DNA from: Candidatus Latescibacterota bacterium
GTDB lineage: Bacteria > Latescibacterota > UBA2968 > UBA8231
NCBI GenBank assembly: GCA_963422735.1
Contig: OY730476.1
Span: forward strand, 832,001 to 896,000
DNA: 64,000 nt
Direction of reading: 5' to 3'
Position numbers and translations under genes: made by a program. The notes beneath the pieces are model-generated. The model ran no database searches. It saw only the letters and a program-made list of their open reading frames with translations, and was not told the origin of the DNA. Numbering within the stretch: the stretch's first letter is position 1; each line of letters begins with the position of its first letter. Positions 1-8,894 of this stretch are shown in pieces.

Positions 1-345
1 AAAGGACAGCGTCCCCCGCCACATGCGATCGTTGCACCGGTCAATGGCCCCCACCTCCTGCCCGACGACTAGGGGCGCTAGGCACTCGGCGATGATCGGC
101 TGGGTGGCGTGGCCCGAATCCGTGCGACCCAAGCCAAAGGTGCCGTCCTCGGCGATGGCTTTGACCCAGATCACCCCGCCCGGCTTGGGCATAGCCCGCT
201 CCTCGGGCGCGAATTTATCCATTGGCGTGGCCTGCTTAGGCGCCCAAAGCCATGCCTGCTCACGCAGCGGTCTAGTGCCCTCCTCGCTCGGTGGCGGGGG
301 CGATAATTCAAAGGTTTGGATAGCGACTATTTTCTTGGCGCACAA
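1..345 (-). CDS. Mandelate racemase/enolase superfamily protein, L-rhamnonate dehydratase-like, N-terminal part (runs off left edge)
   Basis: Manual translation, not in ORF track: TTG-CAKKIVAIQTF...ATPMDKF...VIWVKAIAEDGTFGLG...IIAECLAPLVVGQEVGAIDRCNDRMWRGTLSF. GAGGAG RBS 9 nt upstream. Resembles the RhmD/YfaW N-terminal capping domain. Confidence 0.7.
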   Translation of the reverse strand, partial: MCAKKIVAIQTFELSPPPPSEEGTRPLREQAWLWAPKQATPMDKFAPEERAMPKPGGVIWVKAIAEDGTFGLGRTDSGHATQPIIAECLAPLVVGQEVGAIDRCNDRMWRGTLSF

Positions 346-395
346 ACTCCTCGTCTCCTCATAAAAGAATCCATAGTCAAGCATTGCATGGCTCT

Positions 396-816
396 TCACC
401 TTGAGCCGTCATCGGGCAGACCCAAGAGCCTTTTGACCGCGGCGACCACAAAGTTCGCATCCTGTTCCGCCTGCCGTGCATCTTCTTCATTGTACTTGTG
501 CTCAAAATAAAACGCCGGTGCCCGAGCCTGGGCCAGCCATAGGGAAATCTCTTCGATTCGGTCTAGCTCCTGAGTATTTACAGGTTCCCGCTTCTGCCGG
601 AGTTGCTCGGAAAATACCGGGGCAACATCGGGTACTTTGGGATAATCTACCCCAGCACTTTCAGGCCCCCTTCAGGACAAGCTCGGCGACTTTCTGCGAT
701 CGCCGCACGGCCAGATTGGAGTCGGCTTCTCGTAGAGCACCTTGCACATCGCGCAGGTAGATGCGTTCGCCTTCGGCGATAAGCTGCTTGCCGGTCGCTT
801 GGAGGCTGTCCCTCAT
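396..816 (-). pseudogene. HEPN domain protein (MNT-HEPN toxin partner), frameshifted
   Basis: MRDSLQATG...NLAVRRSQKVAELVLKGA ends at TGA 661-663. It continues in a shifted frame as AGVDYPKVPDVAPVF...RAPAFYFEHKYNEEDARQAEQDANFVVAAV to TGA 396-398. ATGA overlap with the MNT stop. Confidence 0.7.
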
Positions 817-1318
817 AGCACCAACCCCTCGTCCGGTTTCAGATCTGGCTTTAAGTCCCAGTACCAGCCGCTGTCTCGCCGGATTTTTCGGGCACCCAAT
901 TGCCGCAGCCTGTCCTGTAACTTGTCTAAGCGATGGCGAAAAAAATGCCCTCGATCTAGGAGAATCCGCGCCTCTTCGATCATATCCAAGTAGAGCGGCA
1001 GGTTTTGGTCTGCCTCTTCTCGTGAGAAAATGACGACGTTGGGGGAAGGAAAAATGTGTGGCGCGACTAGAGCCGCCCAACAGGCTTGATGCCGCAGATG
1101 TCGCAAGATAGGTAGCAACAACTGAACCCGTTCGCGAAAGACCGGAGGGGCTTTTTCCAGCACGAGCGGCAAATCCACATCGCTTTCCGTTGTCGCGTTG
1201 CCGCGGGCTACAGACCCTCTTGGACCGAGGCGACAAAGCAGTCAAGCAACGGCTTATAGGTTGGGTAGCCGAATTTGGCCAGTCGGTAGGTCTCGTCGTC
1301 GATGGGGATAATTTTCAT
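813..1318 (-). pseudogene. Minimal nucleotidyltransferase (MNT) antitoxin, frameshifted/internally deleted
   Basis: ATG 1318 MKIIPID...LDCFVASVQEGL-stop. Second frame has GSVARGNATTESDVDL (GS..RG...SDxD MNT motif) and C-terminal WYWDLKPD. The expected hydrophobic strand before GS is missing. Confidence 0.75.
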
Positions 1319-1323
1319 AGCGG

Positions 1324-1470
1324 CTATTCCCAGCTCACGTGGCCGCTGTCGGTTGCAACGCGACACAGCTTTAGGATGGACCAGTTGTACACTTCGCGCG
1401 CTGTGATTTTTTGCTGGCGTTGCACAAAGGACACCTCGGCTGCGATCCGCTCGACATCTACGACTTTCGC
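1324..1470 (-). pseudogene. Truncated N-terminal fragment of an enolase-superfamily (MR/MLE) gene
   Basis: AGGAGG RBS, then GCG (possibly a mutated GTG start) KVVDVERIAAEVSF...NWSILKLCRVATDSGHVSWE-stop. Resembles the MR/MLE N-terminus (..V.TD.G.VGWGE). Confidence 0.5.
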
Positions 1471-1512
1471 GGGCCTGCCTCCTGAAGTTAGGTTGTCGTG
1501 GCTATCTAACTC

Positions 1513-2541
1513 TTACAATTCGAGTTGGCATCCTTGATCTGCAGCAGCGTACGCCGCCTCGACAAAGCGCATGGCCTGCCAAGCATCGTCGCCATTGGTG
1601 ATAAAAGTATTTTGCCCATGGCTGGCGGCGACAAAGTCGGCGATAAAACCCAACCCGGCCGCTCCTCCGTACCCGGGGGCCTCGCCGACGGACAGGTCAA
1701 ACTGGCGGTACTCGTCCTCGGTCCAACCTTCGGCTTGGCTCTGGACGATGAGCCGGTCGCCGCGTCCGTCCCAATCTTGCATTACCCAAGTCGCATCTCC
1801 TGAGGTCCCCCTGAAACACAAGTAGATGTCCCCGTAGCGGCGCGGCAGCACATAGCCCGCGTGGAGGCTGCCCAGCGCCCCGTTGTCCATGCAAAACGAA
1901 GCGGCGAGCACATCCTCGACATCGATGCCGGTGCCGCTCAGGGTCGCCTTGTGGGCGCTGACGCCTTTGTACTCTAGGCCGCTGATATAGCGGACCAAAT
2001 CGACCGTGTGGAGCGCCAGCCAGTGCAGGATTCCCCCACCTGCCTGTGCGCGATCAAAGAGCCAGTGGTCCGGGTTGCGCTGCCCGACGGTGCTGGTGAC
2101 CATCCGCCCCTCAATGGAGACGATGCGGCCCAAGACGCCAGCGGCGATGAGTTGGCGCGTTTTGTCGGCAATCGGATGACAGCGGTTCAAAAAGGCCGTC
2201 GCCCACAAGACCTGCTGTGCGGCGGCTATTTCGTTGAGGCGGGCAATGTCAGCGGCCGTGCGCGCGACCGGTTTCTCGGCAATGGTCGGCACGCCAGCCT
2301 GCAAAAGCTGCGCGATGAGGTCCGGGGCCTGGTCGTTGCGCGTACATACTATCGCTAATCCCAGCTTCTCGTCCGCCAGCAGCGCGTCTAGGCTGCTATA
2401 CACTTGATCGACGCCAGTGCATTCTTCATCCGTGCAGACCACCAATCGGCCCACAGCCTCGCAGTGTTGCAGCGAGGTCAGCCAGCCGCGGCTGTGGGGA
2501 TTGTCCAACCCGGCGAGGGCAGCGCATACTTTATCCGTCAT
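1513..2541 (-). CDS. Gfo/Idh/MocA family oxidoreductase
   Basis: AEKP motif, GGGILHWLALHTVD, VEDV; 342 aa. Confidence 0.9.
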   Translation of the reverse strand: MTDKVCAALAGLDNPHSRGWLTSLQHCEAVGRLVVCTDEECTGVDQVYSSLDALLADEKLGLAIVCTRNDQAPDLIAQLLQAGVPTIAEKPVARTAADIARLNEIAAAQQVLWATAFLNRCHPIADKTRQLIAAGVLGRIVSIEGRMVTSTVGQRNPDHWLFDRAQAGGGILHWLALHTVDLVRYISGLEYKGVSAHKATLSGTGIDVEDVLAASFCMDNGALGSLHAGYVLPRRYGDIYLCFRGTSGDATWVMQDWDGRGDRLIVQSQAEGWTEDEYRQFDLSVGEAPGYGGAAGLGFIADFVAASHGQNTFITNGDDAWQAMRFVEAAYAAADQGCQLEL

Positions 2542-3517
2542 GGTAGTTCACGACCTTTCTCTCCCGCGCCGAGCGGTAGATGTTTTCCAATAGCGCCACC
2601 GTGCGGCGCCCCTCGCGGCCATCCACCCGAAGCGTCGTCCCGTGCTCTAACGCCGAGACTACATCCTCGACGACATGGGTCAGCGGGTTGTCTATGGTCC
2701 GTAGCTTCTCCTCCAGCCCATCGCCAAAGACGCGCATCTCGCCCGACAGCGCAGCGTCCAGCAACACCCCTCCTTCGCTACCGTGTACCTCTGCGCTAAA
2801 ATAAGGGCTTGCCGGGAAGGTCGTCGTGCCCAAGATGCCTCCCTTGGCACCGCTTGCGAAATTCAAGATGGCCTGGCCGATATCCTCAGTCTCAATATCG
2901 TGGTTCATTATTGCGGTCTCGCCATAGACGGTCTTGGGCACGCCCATGAACCACAGCAGGAGATCGATCAGGTGCGAGCCTTGGTTAGCCAGCGAACCGC
3001 CCCCGTCCATCGCCCAAGTACCGCGCCAGCCGCCGCCGTGTTCAAAGTATTCCTGTGAGCGGAACCACTTAAAGCGCACTTCGCCGAGAATGGGCTTGCC
3101 CAACAGGCCCTGTTTGAGGGCTTCGGCGACGCGGTAATTGTTGTCAACGTAGCGGCTTTGGTAATCGACTCCGAGCAAAAGGCCTCCCTCGTCGGCCGCG
3201 GCGATCAGCTCGTCGCAGGCTTTGGTGCTGACGTCCATAGGCTTGGTGGTGATTACGTGCTTGCCGGCTCTGAGAGCCTCGACGCCTATTTGCGCGTGCA
3301 GCCCGCTCGGAGTCATTACCAGCACGACATCCACATCGCCCCGCCCCAAGGCGTCTTCAAGGGCCGTACACCACGAGCAGCCCATTTCCTCGCCTACTTG
3401 GCGGGACAAGTCCTCGTTGAGATCGACGACCACGCGCAGTTTGGCCCCAGCGGTCTCGGCCACTTGCCGAGCGCGATTGCGCCCCATGCCCAGCCCTACA
3501 ACAGCAAATCCGATCAT
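2531..3517 (-). CDS. Gfo/Idh/MocA family oxidoreductase
   Basis: GLGMG Rossmann motif, TPSGLH, KHVITTKP, WRGTWAMDGGGSLANQGSHLID; AAGGAG RBS. Confidence 0.92.
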   Translation of the reverse strand: MIGFAVVGLGMGRNRARQVAETAGAKLRVVVDLNEDLSRQVGEEMGCSWCTALEDALGRGDVDVVLVMTPSGLHAQIGVEALRAGKHVITTKPMDVSTKACDELIAAADEGGLLLGVDYQSRYVDNNYRVAEALKQGLLGKPILGEVRFKWFRSQEYFEHGGGWRGTWAMDGGGSLANQGSHLIDLLLWFMGVPKTVYGETAIMNHDIETEDIGQAILNFASGAKGGILGTTTFPASPYFSAEVHGSEGGVLLDAALSGEMRVFGDGLEEKLRTIDNPLTHVVEDVVSALEHGTTLRVDGREGRRTVALLENIYRSARERKVVNYHDG

Positions 3518-3674
3518 TTGACTAGCTCCTTTTTCATATCCAATTCAGCAAAGCGTCTATCTGCCAGCCTCTCAAGGCGTTTTGCCTGAGTTAGAAGGGT
3601 TTGGCGCAATCCCGATGAAACGTTCCTCTCGCTTATGAGCCGGGCCAAGCTGGCGATCGTACTAGCCCTTCTTG

Positions 3675-4261
3675 CTATTCTAATATCTGGATTGCGCTGG
3701 TATTATCTTGGCTCGGTGCGATATTCAGCTCATCAACAACCGGATTGAGATAATATCGGGCTATCCATTCAATGGCCGATACGCATACGGCGTCGCCAAA
3801 ACCAAATAGAGCCCTGTTCAGCGGTAGGTCTGGACAGAGCGTAAATTCATCTGCTCCCATTAGGCGGGCACATTCCCTCGGCGTAAGCAGACGAACTGCA
3901 TACTTCCCGTTACCTCCACGAAAAAGAATCTGTCGGCCACTTCCACACGCGGCGTTCTCAAACATCCGGCGATACCATCGATGCACAGTTCGGCCATGGA
4001 CCGCTTGTTCCTCACCCGGCCAAAGACCGTACCATAGGAATGCTTTCTGCCAGCGAGCATTCGGTGCCGTTGACTCATCTAGTTCAGCAGGTATTCTGCT
4101 AGTTCCTTGCTCCACCATTCCTCGACATCATCCGGCAAGTCTTCGAGCACATCTTCGAGTGTTTGGTCGTCGCCGGAATATTCCACCCCTGGCGTTCAAG
4201 GCCCATTCTCATCAGACCGATACCGGCAAAAAACTCGGCAAGCGTTTTTTTTCAGTTTCAC
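3675..4261 (-). pseudogene. C5 cytosine DNA methyltransferase remnant (internal deletion, stop, frameshifts)
   Basis: Motif I EFFAGIGLMRMGLERQGW near 4185-4236 is joined almost directly to the TRD/C-terminal part (LEDLPDDVEEWW, GIAGCLRTPR, GSGRQIL, motif IX RLLTPRECARLMG, motif X FGFGDAV). The catalytic PC region is absent, and there is an in-frame TAG plus frameshifts. Confidence 0.8.
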
Positions 4262-4379
4262 GATAAAAGCCCCCTCGTTGTCATATATCAAAATCAACCT
4301 GAGCATTGAACGGGACTATGCACCGAGCCTTTGACGCTATAGAATGCCTAAGTGCTCCGCTGTGCGACCTCGTCGCCCA

Positions 4380-5984
4380 TCAATCTTCCACCACGTGCAA
4401 CCGCTGGTTGGCGGCCAAGTCTTTGAGCACTTGCACCCCCCCGGCCGGCCAGTGAATTTCCAGTCGTTCGATGCGCTCGGCCGTTCCCAATCCGAACACG
4501 GGGTCGCGCTGACTGGTCGAGAGGAAACCCGACCCGGCTTTTACCTCCCTGACCTGCCGCCGACCGCCAGCCCATAAATACAGGCGGGCACCGATGCCGT
4601 CTCGGTTGCTCTGCCGGCCCTCCAGCGCAACTGCGAGGTAGTTGCCCCCGGCACCGTCGTTGCGCAGCAGGGCGAAGCGGCGGCCGTTGTTGGCGAGGGC
4701 AATGTCCAAATCGCCATCTTGATCTATGTCCCCAAAGGAGGAGCCGCGCACCACGTAAGAGGCTGCGAAAGCCGGGCCGCTCTCGGCGGTCACTTCGCGG
4801 AAGACGCCCGCGCGCCCATTGCGAAAGATCTGGGCCTGTTGCGCGTAGGTCACCAATTCGTCGTACGATTCAATGTTGTCGTGGACGTGGCCGTTGCCCA
4901 CGAACAGGTCGAGGTACCCGTCGTTGTCAAAGTCGAAGAAACCCGTGCCAAAACCAAGGTAGTTCAGGCTGAGGTCACCGAGGCCAGCCTTGAAGCTGAT
5001 CTCGGAGTAAAACGAGCCGTCGTTGCGATACAGCCCGTTGTTTTCCAACTGGTAGTTGGTGACGAACAGGTCGAGGTCGCCGTCTTGGTCTATGTCGCCG
5101 GCATCGACGCCCATGCCCGCTTGGCTGGCCCCGTCTGCGCTCAGCGCGGTCCCGGCCAGCAAGCCGATCTCGGCAAAAGTGCCGTCGCCTTGATTGACGT
5201 AGTGGAAATTGGGTGTCAAGTCGTTGGCCACGTACAGGTCTGGGTCGCCGTCCCCATCGAAGTCGCCAGCCACCGCGCCCAACCCATTGCCCTCGCGCTC
5301 GATACCCGCTTGGCGGCTGACTTGGGAAAAGACGCCGTGGCCCTCATTGCGGTAGAGGATGTCTGCAGTAGAAGCAAAGACCCTCGGATCGCAGTAGAAG
5401 CGCAACCCCAGGTCCTCGCGTCCGCACCAAGGCTGTTCACCCAAGGCAAAGCGGACGTACTGCGCGGCGAAGAGGTCGAGGTCGCCATCGAGATCGTAGT
5501 CGAACGCAACGGCGCTGGTCGTCCATCCTGTGTGCCCGAGGCCGGCCGCGGCCGTCGCATCGACATAACCACCCCCTTCGCGTCGGTAGAACTGGTCTGG
5601 CCCCCACGCCGTCAGGTAGAGGTCCGGGCCGCCGTCGCCATCGTAGTCGGCCGCGAGCACCCCCATGCCATAGGAGGTGCCGGGCGCACCCGCTGCGTCG
5701 GCTACCCGGGCAAAGGCGCACCCGTCGTTGCGAAAGAGCTGGTTAGAGGCTGTGCCCCGCCTCTGCTTCATGTCCCCGCTGTTGACCAAGTACAAGTCCC
5801 AATCTCCGTCGTCGTCGTAGTCGAGAAAGGCACTGCCAGCGCCGTTGGTCTCGGGCAGGTTTTTATCGGCAGAGATCCCGTTGTCGTGGACGAAGTCAAT
5901 GCCTAATTCGCGGGCTACCTCGACGAAGTGGCTCTGCCCATAGCCGGCTGCCGATAGCAGGAGCACGATAAGCAGCGCACCCAC
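4380..5984 (-). CDS. CRTAC1/ASPIC-UnbV family secreted protein with FG-GAP/VCBS repeats
   Basis: Signal peptide, repeated DxDxDGxxDL motifs, C-terminal SNRDGIGARL...GSGFLS...FGLG...IHWPAG (UnbV_ASPIC). Confidence 0.92.
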   Translation of the reverse strand: MGALLIVLLLSAAGYGQSHFVEVARELGIDFVHDNGISADKNLPETNGAGSAFLDYDDDGDWDLYLVNSGDMKQRRGTASNQLFRNDGCAFARVADAAGAPGTSYGMGVLAADYDGDGGPDLYLTAWGPDQFYRREGGGYVDATAAAGLGHTGWTTSAVAFDYDLDGDLDLFAAQYVRFALGEQPWCGREDLGLRFYCDPRVFASTADILYRNEGHGVFSQVSRQAGIEREGNGLGAVAGDFDGDGDPDLYVANDLTPNFHYVNQGDGTFAEIGLLAGTALSADGASQAGMGVDAGDIDQDGDLDLFVTNYQLENNGLYRNDGSFYSEISFKAGLGDLSLNYLGFGTGFFDFDNDGYLDLFVGNGHVHDNIESYDELVTYAQQAQIFRNGRAGVFREVTAESGPAFAASYVVRGSSFGDIDQDGDLDIALANNGRRFALLRNDGAGGNYLAVALEGRQSNRDGIGARLYLWAGGRRQVREVKAGSGFLSTSQRDPVFGLGTAERIERLEIHWPAGGVQVLKDLAANQRLHVVED

Positions 5985-5987
5985 TGC

Positions 5988-6848
5988 TTATCCCCTGAGC
6001 AGCGGCTCAATATGGTCTTTGGCCCGCAGCAAGCCTTCCTGTTGCAGCTCGGGCGTCTGCCAGAAATAGTGGTCTTCGAGTTCCACCGAAAGCACGCCGT
6101 CGTAGCCCACATCTTCGAGCCGGCGCACCACAAAGTTCCAATCCACCTCGCCCTCCCCGGGGATGGTATAGCGCCACCAACCCTCGCCGCACACGTAGGT
6201 CGAGATGTATGCCTCGCCCAAGTTGCCGGATTCGTAGAGCTTTTCCGGCATGATCTCGGTATCCTTGAGATGGACGTGCCGCACGCGGTCACCAAACTCG
6301 TGCAAGAGCCGCTGATAGTCTATCTGCAAGCGCACAAAGTGGGAAGGATCGTAGCAGATGCCCAGCCGGGGCGACGGGCACGCCGCAAAAATCAAGCGCA
6401 GACTCTCGGGCGAGCAGCCTAAATTGGGGTAGTGGGGCCGGCCGCCCGGCCAAGGTTCAATGGCGATATCGACGCCCACCTTCTCGGCGTGGGCCACGAC
6501 CCGGGGATAGACCTTGGCAAAGATCTCAAAGGTCTCGGCTTTGGACATGCTGGGGTCGTCCGGGGCAAGCACGGTAAAGAGCGTGTGGCCGCCGTGCCGG
6601 GCAATCGCGCTCAAGCTCCTCTTGATCTCGCTCAGGCCCTTGCGGCGCTTGGCCGCGTCGCGAGTGAGGACTTGGCCGCCGCCGTCCGAGGTGCCGAGGG
6701 CCAAGCCTAGCTGCTCGCAAGTGCGGGCGATCGGACGGGTCAAAGGCGGGGTATCGATCGCGCCAAAACCGTTCTCGGCGAGCCATGCGGCATAGGCATC
6801 AAAGCCGATCTGATGGGAAAATGGGGGCATGCGGGTGCCGATTTTCAT
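5988..6848 (-). CDS. Sugar phosphate isomerase/epimerase (xylose isomerase-like TIM barrel)
   Basis: IAIEPW, YDPSH, HVHLKD, PGEGEVDW, GYDGVLSVELED. Confidence 0.88.
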   Translation of the reverse strand: MKIGTRMPPFSHQIGFDAYAAWLAENGFGAIDTPPLTRPIARTCEQLGLALGTSDGGGQVLTRDAAKRRKGLSEIKRSLSAIARHGGHTLFTVLAPDDPSMSKAETFEIFAKVYPRVVAHAEKVGVDIAIEPWPGGRPHYPNLGCSPESLRLIFAACPSPRLGICYDPSHFVRLQIDYQRLLHEFGDRVRHVHLKDTEIMPEKLYESGNLGEAYISTYVCGEGWWRYTIPGEGEVDWNFVVRRLEDVGYDGVLSVELEDHYFWQTPELQQEGLLRAKDHIEPLLRG

Positions 6849-6873
6849 GGTATGTCCCTTCTATTGGGTTGGA

Positions 6874-8028
6874 TTAAATGGGTATGCGACTCTGCTTGTT
6901 TGGGTTGACCCACTGGGTTACTACCAGCGAGACAAATGCCAAGAGCGCACCGCTAATAAAGATGACCTCGTAGCCAAAAAAGAGCCAAGCGTATCCGCCA
7001 ACTAGGGGCGCGGCCACGGCTGCTACGTGGTTCATGGTCACCCCCATAGAGAGGGTGGGTTTGAGTTCGTCTAAGGGCGCGATCTTGTGCGCGTAGGTCG
7101 TCAGCGCGATCCCGCCGAAGAAAATGAGGTTGTCGATACAATAGAGCGCGTACAAACTCGGCCGGTGCTCCACGAACGCGTAGCCCAAAAAGACGAAGAC
7201 CAACACGCTATAACTTAGAGTGAGCATCCGCCGCTCGCCAAAGCGATCGACCAAACGGCCCATCCACGAAGCCGTCAAGGTGATGAGCACTTGGTTGATC
7301 AGCACTAAGACCATGGTCGTCTCCACCGGCATCCCGTGTACTTTCACGAGGGCGAAAATGGCGAAGGTGATAAACATCTGCTTGCGCAGGCCCTGGAAGA
7401 AATTCAGGACGTAGTAGAGCAGATAGCGCCGCTTGAGCACCAAGCGCTTCTCGCCTGCGGGCGCGTCCTTGTCATCGACCCAAAACAGGGCTAAGCCACC
7501 CGCGGCCGTACACGCACCGGCTAGGACAAAGACCCCCTCGTAGCGCAAAAACTCCAGCCCCACCATGCACACGCCAATCGCCGCTAGCCAAGCCAAGCTG
7601 CCGATGCTGCGCAGTTGCCCCAGCCAGCGGCCTTTGTCCGCAGTTGGGCCGTAGGCGAGGCCCATGCTCTGCTCGAGCGGAAGCCAGCAGTGAAAGCCCA
7701 AGCTCCACACCAGCGAGAACGAAGCCAACATGAAGACCGAGGATACCTCGGCGTATGCGGCAAGCCCAGCGCCCATTACCACTAGCGCAACAGCGGCAAC
7801 TTTCGGCGGGGCACAGCGGACGATCAGCGCGAGAAAAAACGCGTTGAGAAAACCAGGGACTTCGCGCAGTGCCTCGACATGGCCCAATTCGTGCGGCTCG
7901 ATGCCCAGCCGCTCGACGATGAAGTTGTTGAACAGGGTCAACTGCACCCCGAAGAATACCCCGGTCCCAGCCACGGCCACGGCCAAGAGCGCGAAGTTTT
8001 TATTCCACTCGGCGAAAGGATTGGCGAT
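6874..8028 (-). CDS. MFS transporter (start uncertain: ATC at 8028 or TTG at 7986)
   Basis: About 12 hydrophobic segments and a GRLVDRFGERRML MFS motif. The frame is open upstream of 7986, with an AAGGGGG RBS before the ATC codons. Confidence 0.85.
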   Translation of the reverse strand: MANPFAEWNKNFALLAVAVAGTGVFFGVQLTLFNNFIVERLGIEPHELGHVEALREVPGFLNAFFLALIVRCAPPKVAAVALVVMGAGLAAYAEVSSVFMLASFSLVWSLGFHCWLPLEQSMGLAYGPTADKGRWLGQLRSIGSLAWLAAIGVCMVGLEFLRYEGVFVLAGACTAAGGLALFWVDDKDAPAGEKRLVLKRRYLLYYVLNFFQGLRKQMFITFAIFALVKVHGMPVETTMVLVLINQVLITLTASWMGRLVDRFGERRMLTLSYSVLVFVFLGYAFVEHRPSLYALYCIDNLIFFGGIALTTYAHKIAPLDELKPTLSMGVTMNHVAAVAAPLVGGYAWLFFGYEVIFISGALLAFVSLVVTQWVNPNKQSRIPI

Positions 8029-8087
8029 GATGGCCCCCTTATTGATGTAGTGAATTCAAGTATGCTTCCCCCTCTCGGTCAACCGAC

Positions 8088-8116
8088 TTGACGCACAGAT
8101 AGACAGCCGTTAAGCT
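8088..8116 (+). promoter_or_regulatory. Putative sigma70 promoter for the creatininase gene
   Basis: TTGACG-17 nt-TAAGCT. Confidence 0.5.
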
Positions 8117-8150
8117 ACCGACCCCAACCAACGCAAAGGAGACTGTTACG

Positions 8151-8894
8151 ATGGCCGACGAACGCGTCTTTATTGGCGACCTGACCCGCAGGGAATTCCG
8201 CGAGCGCATCCAAGCCGGCACGATCAAGGCCGCCATCGTGCCCACCGCCGCTACTGAACAGCACAACGAACACCTGCACATGATCCACGACACCTTCCAC
8301 GCCAGCTATATGGCCGAGCACGCGGCCAAAAAGCTCCTGTCCCAAGTGGTGGTAGCCACGCCGGTGGGCATCGGCGTTTCCGAGCACTGGATGGAGCACA
8401 TCGGCACCCTGACCGTGCGGCCGGAAATTTTCTGCGAATATGTCTTCGATGTCTGCCATTCGCTCGTGCGTGCTGGCGTTGAGAACATCTTGGTACTCAA
8501 CGGCCACGGCGGCAACGTCAAACCCATGATGCGTCGCATCGACGAATACCGGGACAAACTCGGCGTAAACCTCCGCTTCCAGTCCTATTGGGACGTATAT
8601 GACCCCGATTACGTGCAGCAACACATGGAACGGGGACGCCTGCCTGGACACGCCGACGAATTCGAGACATCGACCATGCTCTACCTAGCGCCGGAGCGCG
8701 TGCAGACCGAGGCCATCGACAACCCGGCCGCCGCCTTGGGTACGCGCGCCAAGGGCGAAGCGCTAGTGGGACCAGCCGTGGACGGGGTCGCCGCGCTGTT
8801 GGAGCAAATGATCGCCGGCGAGAAAATCGACCTGCCGCCGGTGACCTTCTATCCCGAGGGCAAGCGCAACCTCGTCACCGGCGAGCCGGTTTGA
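8151..8894 (+). CDS. Creatininase/creatinine amidohydrolase family protein
   Basis: EQH..HL...HD, GVSEHW...GT, NGHGGN, GHADEFETS; AAGGAG RBS. Confidence 0.92.
   Translation: MADERVFIGDLTRREFRERIQAGTIKAAIVPTAATEQHNEHLHMIHDTFHASYMAEHAAKKLLSQVVVATPVGIGVSEHWMEHIGTLTVRPEIFCEYVFDVCHSLVRAGVENILVLNGHGGNVKPMMRRIDEYRDKLGVNLRFQSYWDVYDPDYVQQHMERGRLPGHADEFETSTMLYLAPERVQTEAIDNPAAALGTRAKGEALVGPAVDGVAALLEQMIAGEKIDLPPVTFYPEGKRNLVTGEPV

Noticed and set aside
661-1245. 194-aa minus ORF as a real protein
   Set aside because: Only its last ~51 codons (from ATG 816) are the HEPN N-terminus; the rest overlaps the MNT out of frame.
3518-3672. Short open helical-looking frame downstream of the MTase remnant (possible restriction gene fragment)
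   Set aside because: No start codon or recognisable motif; cannot be assigned.
4719-5906. 395-aa plus-strand ORF
   Set aside because: Antisense shadow of the ASPIC/UnbV gene; no recognisable motifs; expected in high-GC DNA.
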